Of a DNA stretch of 64,000 nt, positions 18,214-28,019 are shown one piece after another. The translations under genes were made by a program, and so were the position numbers. Source of the DNA: Sulfolobales archaeon. Its GTDB lineage: Archaea; Thermoproteota; Thermoprotei_A; Sulfolobales; AG1. The DNA is taken from assembly GCA_049970935.1 (NCBI GenBank), contig JBMFLZ010000002.1, positions 998-64,997 of the forward strand, written 5' to 3'. The first letter of the stretch is position 1; each line of letters begins with the position of its first letter. Under the pieces are notes generated by a model that was given only the letters and a program-made list of their open reading frames with translations, did no database searches and was not told where the DNA came from.

Positions 18214-18990
18214 ATGACTAAAATAAGAGATATTACCTGGAAAGAATTTGAGGATTACTGTGTTAAGAATTCATGTATCGCTATCTTACCTATAGGCTCA
18301 ATTGAGCAGCACGGAGAGCATTTACCTCTCGGAACAGATCTTATTATCGCAGAGAAATTAGCTGAATTAATAGCGAAGAAAGCCTGGGAGGAGGGGATCA
18401 GAGTATTAGTTCTTGAACCTATACCAGTCACAATCTCCAGGGAGTGGAGCAAAAATCCAGGAACACTATGGGTACCTGGAGAAGTTTTTCAAGCATACTT
18501 AAAGAATTACATTCACTCAGTATTCAGAAATGGTATTAAGAGATTAGTGGTTCTCAATGCCCATGGAGGAAACACTGAGAATATTGCCGCGGCACTAAAG
18601 AATGCTGTGTATGATTTCGAGGAAAGTGGTTACAGGGTTTATCTTATTAATTGGTGGGAGTTAGTAGGAGATATTCTAGATAATATTTTTTCAACACCTT
18701 ATTTTCACGCGGATGAAATAGAGACTTCACTAGCATTAGCTCTAGGATTTGGTCAAAAAACCTCTGAACCAGGTGAGGAGATCTTTAGACTTTATCATAA
18801 TGAGTGGTTCCCTAACGATCTTAGGAAAAGACCGCGTATCTACATCTTTCAAAGAGAAGATAAGAGGAGAGAGAAAGGATCCTTTGGTAGACCAGATCTA
18901 GCATCTATGGAGAAAGGAGTGCTACTAGTAGATCTTTTAATTAAGAGATTTATCGAATTCCTAAAGGAAGTGAATAGTGGTAAAATATGA
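18214..18990 (+). CDS. Creatininase-family amidohydrolase
   Basis: AILPIGSIEQHGEHLPLGTD, LNAHGGN and HADEIETS motifs. Confidence 0.8.
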   Translation: MTKIRDITWKEFEDYCVKNSCIAILPIGSIEQHGEHLPLGTDLIIAEKLAELIAKKAWEEGIRVLVLEPIPVTISREWSKNPGTLWVPGEVFQAYLKNYIHSVFRNGIKRLVVLNAHGGNTENIAAALKNAVYDFEESGYRVYLINWWELVGDILDNIFSTPYFHADEIETSLALALGFGQKTSEPGEEIFRLYHNEWFPNDLRKRPRIYIFQREDKRREKGSFGRPDLASMEKGVLLVDLLIKRFIEFLKEVNSGKI

Positions 18991-18993
18991 ACC

Positions 18994-19818
18994 TTATAGA
19001 GATCTGTTGCATTTACACTCCCCCTCTATTATAAGATCATTGATATTCTTCTTTAAAATATCTATCAATTCATTACATATCTTAAAGCATTCTTCCGACG
19101 GATCAGTTTCTCGACTTGTAGAGACCATGATATAAAGATCATTTATAGGACCCCTCGTCTCATGCCCTTTAGGATGAGTTTTTACATAAACATTGTTTTT
19201 ACCTCGGACAAACCTATTTATGTAGGCTGCTAAAGTTGATTCTGGTGCACCTACCAACCTAATATATGTCTCTGCTATTCTTCTATCGCTAAATCTCTTT
19301 AGATAAGGTTCGACACTACTCTCCCATATTCCCTCCATCTCGGCGGGGACACCTGGTAGAGCAATTATAATAAAATTATCTTTAGAAATCATAAAGCCAG
19401 GAGCTATTCCGACAGGGTTTCTCAATGATTTTGCTGATTTAGGCATATAAGCCATCTTAATTCTCTCAGGTGTTAGAGGCATATTTCTAGACTCATACTT
19501 CTCTTTTACCTCTCTAAGAGCCTCTTCATTAATTACATATTCTTCACCTAAGTACCTAGCTATAGCCTCTGAGGTTATGTCATCATATGTTGGTCCTAAT
19601 CCACCTGTAGTTATTATAATATTTGATCCAAAGATCCTAAGAGCAGTATCTAGAGCCTTAGACACATCATCAAAATTATCTCCAATAACTATGTGCGCTA
19701 CCACATCTATACCTAGAAGAGTTAATCTCCTTGAGAGATATGAAGCATTTGTATTAACTACTCTTCCTTGAATAAGCTCATTTCCAATGGATATTATAGT
19801 TGCTTTCAACCTAAACAC
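18994..19818 (-). CDS. CinA-like molybdopterin-binding (MoCF) domain protein
   Basis: IISIGNELIQGRVVNTNASYLSRRL and TTGGLGPTYDDIT. Confidence 0.75.
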   Translation of the reverse strand: MFRLKATIISIGNELIQGRVVNTNASYLSRRLTLLGIDVVAHIVIGDNFDDVSKALDTALRIFGSNIIITTGGLGPTYDDITSEAIARYLGEEYVINEEALREVKEKYESRNMPLTPERIKMAYMPKSAKSLRNPVGIAPGFMISKDNFIIIALPGVPAEMEGIWESSVEPYLKRFSDRRIAETYIRLVGAPESTLAAYINRFVRGKNNVYVKTHPKGHETRGPINDLYIMVSTSRETDPSEECFKICNELIDILKKNINDLIIEGECKCNRSL

Positions 19819-19820
19819 AC

Positions 19821-21131
19821 TTACTCTGATAAGATTATGTACGGTATTCTATACAGAGCTGGGAGTTTATCGATATCTACATCAAATGTATAGTGTATCT
19901 TTGTGAAATGACTTCTAAATTCTGATACCTTCTTTGCTACACTACTAGGATCTTTCTTATCAATAATTACTTCTCTAAAGAATCTGGCAATTTCTTTGAA
20001 ATCATCTTCTTTCATACCAAATCTAGTCATTTCTTGAACTCCTGTTCTTATCCCACTAGGATCCTTGACGGCCTCAGGAGGATCTTCTGGGAGAAGATTC
20101 TTGTTAACTATTATATTTGCGTCTTCAAGTAATTTAGCTATTTTAGCTCCTCCACCATATTTCCTAACATTGATAACTACTTGATGAGATTTTGTGAAAC
20201 CAAGATGTTCACCTACTACATCTAGGCCCTCGGAATATAGAGCCTCGGCAAATGCCTTAGCATTTCTAATTATTTGATCGGCGTATTGTTCACCGAAATG
20301 AATCATCTCAAGAGCGGTCACCGCTACTGCAGGTAATCTATGTAAATGATGATTACTTACGAACCACGGGAAGATATTTTTAGAGATCTCTTTAAACACC
20401 TCATCATTATTAGATAATATAACTCCTCCCTGAGGGCCCGGGAATGTTTTGTGTGTTGAGGAGGTAACCACATCAGCTCCGGCCTCAAAGGGATCTCTCC
20501 ATCTTCTCCCAGCTATTAAACCCAGCACGTGCGCAGCATCATATACAACCTTAGCGCCTACTGAATGCGCTACTTCACTTAATTCTTTGAGTGGATGAGG
20601 AAATAAATAGAGAGAGCCGCCCATAACAATGAAATCGGGTTTTATATTCTCAATAAGCTTCGCGGCTTTATCCACATCAATATTCATATTTTCTTTATCA
20701 AAAGGCATCTCAATATGTTGTATACCTAATGCTCCTAATGTACCAAATTTCGTGTGGCTTACATGCGCACCTGCTTGAACCGGTGCTACAACAGCTTTTC
20801 CCCCTGGGGGAGCAAGGGTCCTAAAAGTAGCAGCATTAGCCACGGTACCACTTATGGGTCTCAGATCAACGTGTTTTACCCTAAATAACTTACTCATAAG
20901 CTCCGCCGCAAATTCCTCTATATCATCAACATATGGAAGACCCTGATAATATCTTTTTCTAGGTTTTCCCTCAGCATATCTGTGCATCATATCTGTGAAG
21001 TATACAGCTTCAGCCAGTGGGCTCATAACATTCTCGCTTGGGATAAGATTCAGGGTCTCCGTGCTTCTCCACTTATTATGTCTACCTGTGATCTCAATGA
21101 TTCTCTGAAGCTCAGGAGGTAATTTCTGCAT
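19821..21131 (-). CDS. glyA: Serine hydroxymethyltransferase
   Basis: [14 protein letters not shown], and [13 protein letters not shown] (PLP-Lys). Confidence 0.95.
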   Translation of the reverse strand: MQKLPPELQRIIEITGRHNKWRSTETLNLIPSENVMSPLAEAVYFTDMMHRYAEGKPRKRYYQGLPYVDDIEEFAAELMSKLFRVKHVDLRPISGTVANAATFRTLAPPGGKAVVAPVQAGAHVSHTKFGTLGALGIQHIEMPFDKENMNIDVDKAAKLIENIKPDFIVMGGSLYLFPHPLKELSEVAHSVGAKVVYDAAHVLGLIAGRRWRDPFEAGADVVTSSTHKTFPGPQGGVILSNNDEVFKEISKNIFPWFVSNHHLHRLPAVAVTALEMIHFGEQYADQIIRNAKAFAEALYSEGLDVVGEHLGFTKSHQVVINVRKYGGGAKIAKLLEDANIIVNKNLLPEDPPEAVKDPSGIRTGVQEMTRFGMKEDDFKEIARFFREVIIDKKDPSSVAKKVSEFRSHFTKIHYTFDVDIDKLPALYRIPYIILSE

Positions 21132-21234
21132 AAACCACTACCTCAACTAAATATTACTAACCTCGGAATATATAGGTAATGCTTTTTATAGCAAAATTAA
21201 TTTTTTGGACAAATATTTTTGAAAAGGTCTAGAA

Positions 21235-21846
21235 ATGTTGAGAAGATATAGAGCGGATTTGTTTCAAGAATTATCTGAGCCATTAGCTTGGTTAATTGGA
21301 ATATTTCTCTTAATAAATGTCTTCGGAGGTATCTACTATATAAAAACAGATCTTATGTCAGGTATCGCTATCTCAATAGCTATTTTAGTAGGTTTCGTGT
21401 TTCATGAATTGGCTCATAGAACAGTCGCTAACAAACTAGGTTGTAACTCAAGATTTTCTATAGATGCTTTCTCGGTATTAATAACATCTATTATAGCACT
21501 ATTACAAAATGTGCTTCTAGTAACCACATCTCGAGGATTACCATTCATAATAGCTCTCCCGGGTTTTGTTATGAGCTACTGTTTTAACTTGAGAAAAGAT
21601 CTTGAAGGCGTCATAGCATTTGCCGGACCAGCAACGAATATATTGATATCTATAATATCACTACTCATAGCCTCGTTCGTACCTTCAGTGCGCTACTTAG
21701 GAGAATTTATATCTCGTATTAACTCTATGTTGGCTCTATTTAATCTATTACCAATACATCCTCTCGATGGATATAAAGTTATTAGATGGAATATATTTAT
21801 TTGGACAATTTCTCTGATGATCACACTAGTTCTACTGATAGCGTGA
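21235..21846 (+). CDS. M50-type (site-2 protease-like) membrane metalloprotease
   Basis: HELAHR sits in a TM helix and a second motif NLLPIHPLDGYK follows. Polytopic. Confidence 0.65.
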   Translation: MLRRYRADLFQELSEPLAWLIGIFLLINVFGGIYYIKTDLMSGIAISIAILVGFVFHELAHRTVANKLGCNSRFSIDAFSVLITSIIALLQNVLLVTTSRGLPFIIALPGFVMSYCFNLRKDLEGVIAFAGPATNILISIISLLIASFVPSVRYLGEFISRINSMLALFNLLPIHPLDGYKVIRWNIFIWTISLMITLVLLIA

Positions 21847-21916
21847 GTCTCCAATAATTCAACAACTAATTTTTGCGGTAATAATTCTTTTTAAAGTCTT
21901 ACATATTATAGATATT

Positions 21917-21971
21917 GGAGGCGGTGGCGGAGAGAGCCCCCGTGACCGGGGTTCGAATCCCCGCCCGGCTA
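21917..21971 (+). tRNA. Orphan tRNA 3' half with GC-rich leader (split-tRNA gene candidate)
   Basis: Leader GGAGGCGGTGGCGG (21917-21930), AGAGAG, anticodon-stem 3' strand CCCCC, variable GTGAC, T arm CGGGG-TTCGAAT-CCCCG, acceptor 3' strand CCCGGCT, discriminator A (21971). No D arm, anticodon or acceptor 5' strand lies upstream. TTTTTAAAG sits about 25 nt upstream of the leader. Confidence 0.7.
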
Positions 21972-21972
21972 T

Positions 21973-22194
21973 TTAATCCCTCTTAACAACAAGTAATCTT
22001 ATGATCTCATTATTATTGTCTCCATATACAACGCTTAGACCATAATGTCTGAGGTACTTAATGATATCATTGATCATATAATGCTCGTCAATACTTATCT
22101 CTAGAATTATTTTTTCATTACTTTGAATTGAGGATATAATTTGTGGGAGAATTGTTCTGTAATTTGTTTTTGATAACATGTATCTCTTAATCAA
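21973..22194 (-). CDS. TusA/SirA-like small protein lacking the catalytic Cys (tentative)
   Basis: The 73-aa sequence can be aligned to the E. coli TusA pattern, with LPQ in place of CPEP. ...EKIILEISIDEHYMINDIIKYLRHYGLSVV... matches the TusA beta-alpha-beta core. Low certainty. Confidence 0.3.
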   Translation of the reverse strand: MIKRYMLSKTNYRTILPQIISSIQSNEKIILEISIDEHYMINDIIKYLRHYGLSVVYGDNNNEIIRLLVVKRD

Positions 22195-22277
22195 TTAATG
22201 TCCTCAAATTTAATCACTATAAATCCTTAATATAAGCAGATCCCTACGGATTAGCTAATAAAGTGAGGTCAGGATTT

Positions 22278-23321
22278 CTACAACAAATCTTTTATTAAGC
22301 TTAGAAGTCTCGACACCTCATCTTCTCTTAAACCCTTAGCTAAACCTATTCTAGAATTCTTGTACAGCTCCACCATAATATTCTCTCGAGACAGTATATA
22401 TCTAAAAGTATCCTCGTTAATTGTCGCATTAATTATTGAAGAGATCTTCTCTAGATCTTCTTTTAAGAGTTTTTTTGGAAGTCTTATTTGATAAATATTC
22501 TCCTTAGCGCATTTCCTAACAATCTGTCTAGGCATTACTTTACCTATAAATTCTGTCTCTCTCAATGAGCATACAGGACATCTAGGATTTCTGTAAACAA
22601 CTAGTGATCCAAGTTCTAGTTTTCTTAGATCTATATAATGAATCTTTGAATCTACTTTTCTGCCAAGTATGATATCTAAGGCTATTCTCGAGGCTATGGA
22701 AGCCGTGGCTACAACCGTGAGAACTGAGACACCTATTACGTTACATGGATCACTTTCTGGCCCGGCAAGAACACTTCGAGAGTCATATATGCATCTTAGA
22801 CATGCTGTTTCACCGGGTATGACAGGCATAACTACTCCATAAAATCCCTCTACCGCAGAATATACGTAGGGTTTATTAGATAGAATAGCTGCCTCATTAG
22901 CTATAAACCTCGATCTCATGTTATCTAAACCATCCATGACTAGATCTACATCTCTCAATAGATCTAGTGCATTATCAACATCAAAAGAATCTATTATGTA
23001 TTCAATATCTACATCAGGAAAAATCTCCTTTAAGGCTCTAGCTACTGCGTATGCTTTAGGTGTCCGCTCCCGAGTATCACTATATTTATATGCCAGCGTT
23101 CTTGGTAAGTTAGATAACTCAACTTCATCGGGATCTAGTATCTTTATTTTCCTGACACCAGTTCTAGCCATGAAGATAGATATTGCTGAGCCTAAAGCTC
23201 CCGCACCTACCACGAGAATACTACTCCTCATAATTTTCCTCTGATTCTCGATCCCAAAATCTCTCATGATTATCTGTCTAGAAAACATCTCCATGTACTC
23301 TAACAGATCTTTTTCACTCAA
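22278..23321 (-). CDS. ThiF/MoeB/HesA-family E1-like adenylyltransferase with ~90-aa C-terminal extension
   Basis: VVGAGALGSAISIFMARTG Rossmann motif, LDPDEVELSNLPRT, and zinc Cys pairs CLRC and CPVC. Confidence 0.8.
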   Translation of the reverse strand: MSEKDLLEYMEMFSRQIIMRDFGIENQRKIMRSSILVVGAGALGSAISIFMARTGVRKIKILDPDEVELSNLPRTLAYKYSDTRERTPKAYAVARALKEIFPDVDIEYIIDSFDVDNALDLLRDVDLVMDGLDNMRSRFIANEAAILSNKPYVYSAVEGFYGVVMPVIPGETACLRCIYDSRSVLAGPESDPCNVIGVSVLTVVATASIASRIALDIILGRKVDSKIHYIDLRKLELGSLVVYRNPRCPVCSLRETEFIGKVMPRQIVRKCAKENIYQIRLPKKLLKEDLEKISSIINATINEDTFRYILSRENIMVELYKNSRIGLAKGLREDEVSRLLSLIKDLL

Positions 23322-23357
23322 CTTTTCTTAACCCTCTAGGCAATTACTTGATAAACT

Positions 23358-23412
23358 GGGTCAGGGTCGCTCCACCTCAATCATCAATCAGCGAAGTCTC
23401 TCTCTTCATCCC
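23358..23412 (-). ncRNA. C/D box sRNA candidate
   Basis: The minus strand reads GGG-AUGAAGA-(11 nt)-CUGA-UUG-AUGAUUG-(13 nt)-CUGA-CCC. A GGG/CCC terminal stem flanks the boxes. Guides are GC-rich. It lies just upstream of the E1-like gene. Confidence 0.5.
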
Positions 23413-23462
23413 ATAAATTTATTCCGGAATGAAATTATTTAAAGGTAGCATAATAGTATATT

Positions 23463-23816
23463 GTGGCATATTATCATATATGCGCTACGAGATTAGTAGA
23501 GAGAATGGCTAACATATGCGAGATCTGCTGGGAAAAACCTCCAGTAGCGAGATGCAGACTATGTAAAAGATATGTTTGCAAAGATCATTTTCTGGAAGAG
23601 AAGTCCCTATGTGTATTATGTAGCGAGACTCTATGTAGAGTATGTGGAAAAAATCTTGCTATCACTACCTGCCCATCCTGTGGAAGACTCGTTTGCCATT
23701 CATGCATAATAGATCGGGAAGGATTCAGGATCTGTTATATGTGTAAAGTCGGAGGTAAAGACGTGATCTTTAGAACAGCTCTAAGAACATATACACGTAC
23801 GAGAATGAGTAAATAA
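23463..23816 (+). CDS. Cys-rich multi-zinc-ribbon protein
   Basis: Seven CxxC pairs (CEIC, CRLC, CVLC, CRVC, CPSC, CHSC, CYMC). The likely start is Met15 at 23505. Confidence 0.5.
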   Translation: MAYYHICATRLVERMANICEICWEKPPVARCRLCKRYVCKDHFLEEKSLCVLCSETLCRVCGKNLAITTCPSCGRLVCHSCIIDREGFRICYMCKVGGKDVIFRTALRTYTRTRMSK

Positions 23817-23817
23817 T

Positions 23818-25653
23818 CTATTCCACAGTAACTGTCTTAGCAAGATTTCTTGGTTTATCAGGATCGTATCCTCGCTCAATAGCTAAATGATAAGCCAAGA
23901 GTTGATAAGGCACTACATAGAGTATTGAGGCATTTATTTCGTGAAGCTTAGGTAGCTTAAATACATAGTGAGATAATCTATGAACTCTCTCAAAATCTCT
24001 AGGAGCTACAGAGATTATGTAAGCTCCTCTAGCTCTCATCTCCTCAATATTTCCTAGAATAAGTTCCATACCTTCTTCTTTATCAAAAACCGTGAAGAAA
24101 ACAGGAAAATCCTTCTCGACTAAAGCTATCGGACCATGCTTACTCTCTCCCGCTGGATAAGCCTCTGCGTGAATATATGAAATCTCTTTAATCTTTAACG
24201 CGCCCTCAAGAGACACAGGGTAAGAAATGTCTCTTCCCAAGATATACATACTATTCTTATTCTTCAATCTCCCCACCAGTTCTCTAGCATCTGAATCTAT
24301 GTTCCTTAACACACTACTCATTATATGAGGTATAGTGATTAACTCCTTCAGATATCTACTCGCCTTAGCACTATCATATTTCTCAAGTAGTTTATAAACT
24401 AAATAGAGACCTACTGCTACTTGTGTCGTGAAGGTCTTTGTCGCTGCAACACCTATCTCAGGACCTGCTCTCATGTATATTCTGTAATCAGATTCTCTGG
24501 GAATAGTGCTATCTATAACATTAGATATAGCTAGTACAGTAGCTCCTCTACTTTTCGCAATTCTAATTGCCTTGAGAGTATCTATTGTCTCACCGCTTTG
24601 ACTAATAGCTATTAATAGATCTTTCTCATTAAATACTTTCTTATATAATTCCGCTTCACTTGATATAAAAGCTACTGAGAGAAGTCCTAAATATCTCTTC
24701 AGAGCATAATCAAGCACTAAACCCGCGTGATAAGAAGAACCCGCGCCTGTGATAAATATTCTATTACTTCTATTAAATAGATCTAGTATATCTCTGATCT
24801 GATCGGAGATCCCTGCGAGAGATTGCTCTATAGAGTAAGGTTGCTCATATATCTCTTTCAGCATATAGTGACTATAACCTCCTCTCTCAACATCCTTAAG
24901 ATCCCACTCAACGAAACGAATTCTCTTTCTTATATCAATTATTTCACCATTGATATTCTCTATATACACTTCACCTGGTGTTAAGTAACCATATTCTCCG
25001 TCTTCAAGAACAATAATTCTTTTCGTGTAATCAATGATCGCTGGTATATCACTCGAGATCACATTAAAACCGTCGCCTAAACCAATTATCAGCGGTGAAA
25101 CATGCCTAGCGAAGTATATTCTCCCGGGCTCTCTGCAGTATAGTATCGCTAGAGCATATGTCCCTGTGATAGTCTTAAGGAGTTCTCTGAGGGCTCTAAG
25201 CATATTTCCATTAAAAGTATCCAAGTACTTCTCTAAGAGATGAGCCACTAATTCTGTATCAGTTTCACTAATTATTCTGTGTCCCTCGTTTTCAAGAGAT
25301 CTTCTTAAGATATCGTAGTTCTGTATAACTCCATTATGGACAACTGCTATACATCCACTGCAATCAGTATGTGGATGAGCATTTACATCATTAACTGAGC
25401 CGTGAGTAGCCCATCTCGTATGACCGATTCCACATAATCCATCATATTTTTCAAAACCTAGTCTCTCGTAGAGATCATCGATTTTTCCTTTAGCCTTAGA
25501 AATAAGTATTTTATTATCTCTATCAAGTACTGCAAAACCAACTGAGTCGTAGCCTCTATACTCTAATCTCTTTAGTGATCTCCCTATTAAAAAACCTATA
25601 TTTCTACCTAGAAGACCATAGCTCCTCTGAGTAATCCCTATGATTCCGCACAA
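23818..25653 (-). CDS. glmS: Glutamine--fructose-6-phosphate aminotransferase
   Basis: N-terminal MCGI nucleophile, two SIS domains, and a C-terminal ...AKTVTVE. Confidence 0.95.
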   Translation of the reverse strand: MCGIIGITQRSYGLLGRNIGFLIGRSLKRLEYRGYDSVGFAVLDRDNKILISKAKGKIDDLYERLGFEKYDGLCGIGHTRWATHGSVNDVNAHPHTDCSGCIAVVHNGVIQNYDILRRSLENEGHRIISETDTELVAHLLEKYLDTFNGNMLRALRELLKTITGTYALAILYCREPGRIYFARHVSPLIIGLGDGFNVISSDIPAIIDYTKRIIVLEDGEYGYLTPGEVYIENINGEIIDIRKRIRFVEWDLKDVERGGYSHYMLKEIYEQPYSIEQSLAGISDQIRDILDLFNRSNRIFITGAGSSYHAGLVLDYALKRYLGLLSVAFISSEAELYKKVFNEKDLLIAISQSGETIDTLKAIRIAKSRGATVLAISNVIDSTIPRESDYRIYMRAGPEIGVAATKTFTTQVAVGLYLVYKLLEKYDSAKASRYLKELITIPHIMSSVLRNIDSDARELVGRLKNKNSMYILGRDISYPVSLEGALKIKEISYIHAEAYPAGESKHGPIALVEKDFPVFFTVFDKEEGMELILGNIEEMRARGAYIISVAPRDFERVHRLSHYVFKLPKLHEINASILYVVPYQLLAYHLAIERGYDPDKPRNLAKTVTVE

Positions 25654-25721
25654 TTTTTCACGCAGTAATAATATGAGTTTTCTAAATTATTAAAAATTTA
25701 TTTACTATTAAAAATTGATGT

Positions 25722-26801
25722 TTGGACCTAAGAGAAGCTCTAGTAAGAAAATTATTTTATGCGATAAATAATTTAACTAGGATACTTGATATGGGAAAGA
25801 TCAGGGTTTTCGGGATAGGACATGGAACAGTTCTCTCTTCGCTAATTAAAGCTGTTGAGCTTTTTAAAAATAAGAAGTTAGAAGGATTATGGCATGACAA
25901 GATCGGGGGGTACGGTGTTGAGGATATAGAAGTAATAGGTTTATCTGATATAAATTGTGAAAAGATTCGTGATAACAGATTTTATGCCATTCCGGGCTTA
26001 TTACTCGATGATATAGCTATATTGAGAGACTATTTAGGCTCACTGTGCACATCTGACCCTGAGAGTTTTAAAAGAGAGTTGAGGAAGACAGAACCAGATA
26101 TAGTGCTTTTAGCGATTAATAGCGGTGAAGAGAGAACATCTAGAAAATATGCTGAAATATCCATGGAACTAAATATATCCTTTATTAATACAACGCCCGA
26201 GATCATAGCTAGGGATCAAAAATTATTTAATGGTTTCATAGAGAGAGATATAATTCTAGTAGGTGATGACTTATTGAGCAGTATAGGTGGAACTATGATT
26301 CATAAGAGTGTAGCAGAATTTTTCTCAAGGAGAAACCTAAGGATCTTGAGAAGCTATCAATTAGATATTTCAGGTACTTTAGAGACTCTTGTTACAAGTG
26401 ATGAAAATATAAGAATGAAGAAGAGAGAGGTCAAAAGTCGATCAATAGGAATTGAAGGTGTAGAAAAAATAACTGCAGGAACAACTGATTATGTCCCCTT
26501 CTTAGAGGATCAAAGGATCAGTCATATTTATATGGAGATCCTAGGACCACTAAACAAGATCTATAGGATCGAGATTAAATATTGGAGTTATGATGGATCG
26601 AGTTCGGTGAATACTGTTCTAGACACTATTAGAGCCATAGCGTATAGCGTGAGGGAGTATGGGGGAGACAAAGAGCTCCTTAGAAAATATGCTGAGATAA
26701 TATCAGCTTATGGTTTTAAAGCACCACCAAGACTTATTAAATACAGTGAGGCTCTCGAGTTATTTGAGAAGATCTTTGCTAGAAGAGATATAGTGGCGTA
26801 G
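25722..26801 (+). CDS. Divergent myo-inositol-1-phosphate synthase-family paralog
   Basis: Same length and N-terminal Rossmann segment (IRVFGIGHGTV) as the next gene. The catalytic-region motif is degenerate (DISGTLETL instead of NIGGNTDFL). The likely start is Met24 at 25791. Confidence 0.5.
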   Translation: MDLREALVRKLFYAINNLTRILDMGKIRVFGIGHGTVLSSLIKAVELFKNKKLEGLWHDKIGGYGVEDIEVIGLSDINCEKIRDNRFYAIPGLLLDDIAILRDYLGSLCTSDPESFKRELRKTEPDIVLLAINSGEERTSRKYAEISMELNISFINTTPEIIARDQKLFNGFIERDIILVGDDLLSSIGGTMIHKSVAEFFSRRNLRILRSYQLDISGTLETLVTSDENIRMKKREVKSRSIGIEGVEKITAGTTDYVPFLEDQRISHIYMEILGPLNKIYRIEIKYWSYDGSSSVNTVLDTIRAIAYSVREYGGDKELLRKYAEIISAYGFKAPPRLIKYSEALELFEKIFARRDIVA

Positions 26802-26811
26802 GTGAATTGAG

Positions 26812-27912
26812 GTGAGTATAAGAACAGCGATATTTGGGTTGGGTAATATAGCATCAGCACTAATACAGATAGTTCACAAAGCTAAGAGAGGGGAGAGAAT
26901 CGAGGGTTTAATGAGTGAGTATATAGGTAAATACTCCGTGGCAGACATTGAGTTTGTTGCTGCATTTGATGTCTCAGAGAACAAGATCGGGAAAGATATC
27001 TCAGAAGCCATATTTGAGTACCCTAATATATTTCCGAAGATCATTGATCTTGAGCCTTTAGGCGTGAAGGTTTCCCCGGGTCCTGTTCTAGATGGTGTGG
27101 CACCTCACATGAGAGAGATCTTTAGACCTCATAACATGAAGATAGATCTTGACTTTGTTGTCAGGACTCTTAGAGAGAATAATGTTGAAATAGCTATTAA
27201 TCTACTACCTGTTGGAGCAGAAGAGGCGACAAGATTATATGCGGAAGCATGCTATAGGGCTGGTGTAGCTTTTATTAATGCGATCCCTGTCTTCATAGCT
27301 AGTGATAGAGAAAGAAAATGGCATAGAAAATTTAAAGAGGCTATGCTTCCTCTGCTAGGAGACGATATCAAAGGGCAAGTAGGTGCTACTATACTTCACA
27401 GAACCCTAGTGAGACTTCTTCATATGAGAGGTGTTAAGGTCGAGGAAACATATCAGGTTAATATCGGTGGAAACACCGATTTCCTCAATATGATGATCGA
27501 GGAGAGATTATATTCTAAGAGAATTAGCAAAACTGAGGCTGTCACCTCAATATTGCCATATGGAAAGAAACTTGAGGAAAGTAAAAAAGTTAGGATAGGT
27601 CCTAGCGACTACATTGATTTTCTAGGCAACACTAAGATAGCCTATATATATGTGAAGGGATCATCTTTAGGAGGCTTTCCAGTCACTATTGAGGTTAAGC
27701 TGTCTGTTGATGATAAGTCAATGGCTACAGCAATATTAATAGACGCTATTAGAGTAGCGAAATTAGCCCTTGATAGAGGACACGGCGGGGTTATTGCTGG
27801 ACCCAGCGCATTTTTATTTAAACATCCACCTCATCAAGCACCAGATGATGAGACAGCCTACTACTGGTTTACTCGGTATATAATGACTGGAGAAGATATA
27901 TATTTTGATTAA
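26812..27912 (+). CDS. myo-Inositol-1-phosphate synthase family protein
   Basis: [41 protein letters not shown] and [12 protein letters not shown]...[13 protein letters not shown] start preceded by GGTGA. Confidence 0.8.
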   Translation: MSIRTAIFGLGNIASALIQIVHKAKRGERIEGLMSEYIGKYSVADIEFVAAFDVSENKIGKDISEAIFEYPNIFPKIIDLEPLGVKVSPGPVLDGVAPHMREIFRPHNMKIDLDFVVRTLRENNVEIAINLLPVGAEEATRLYAEACYRAGVAFINAIPVFIASDRERKWHRKFKEAMLPLLGDDIKGQVGATILHRTLVRLLHMRGVKVEETYQVNIGGNTDFLNMMIEERLYSKRISKTEAVTSILPYGKKLEESKKVRIGPSDYIDFLGNTKIAYIYVKGSSLGGFPVTIEVKLSVDDKSMATAILIDAIRVAKLALDRGHGGVIAGPSAFLFKHPPHQAPDDETAYYWFTRYIMTGEDIYFD

Positions 27913-28019
27913 TCTTGTTCTTTAAGACAATAAGATATGAGTATCTTTCCTCAATTACAAATAGGTATTATCTTTATAATTTTTATACTTGTTTAGGAAG
28001 ATACTTAGAAGGATGTGTT

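Noticed and set aside
21917-21971. tRNA 3' fragment as an att-site remnant of an integrated element
   Set aside because: No integrase or foreign-looking genes flank it, and no matching intact tRNA lies in the window. The GC-rich non-tRNA leader and its own TATA-like box fit a split-tRNA gene better. This cannot be excluded without the whole genome.
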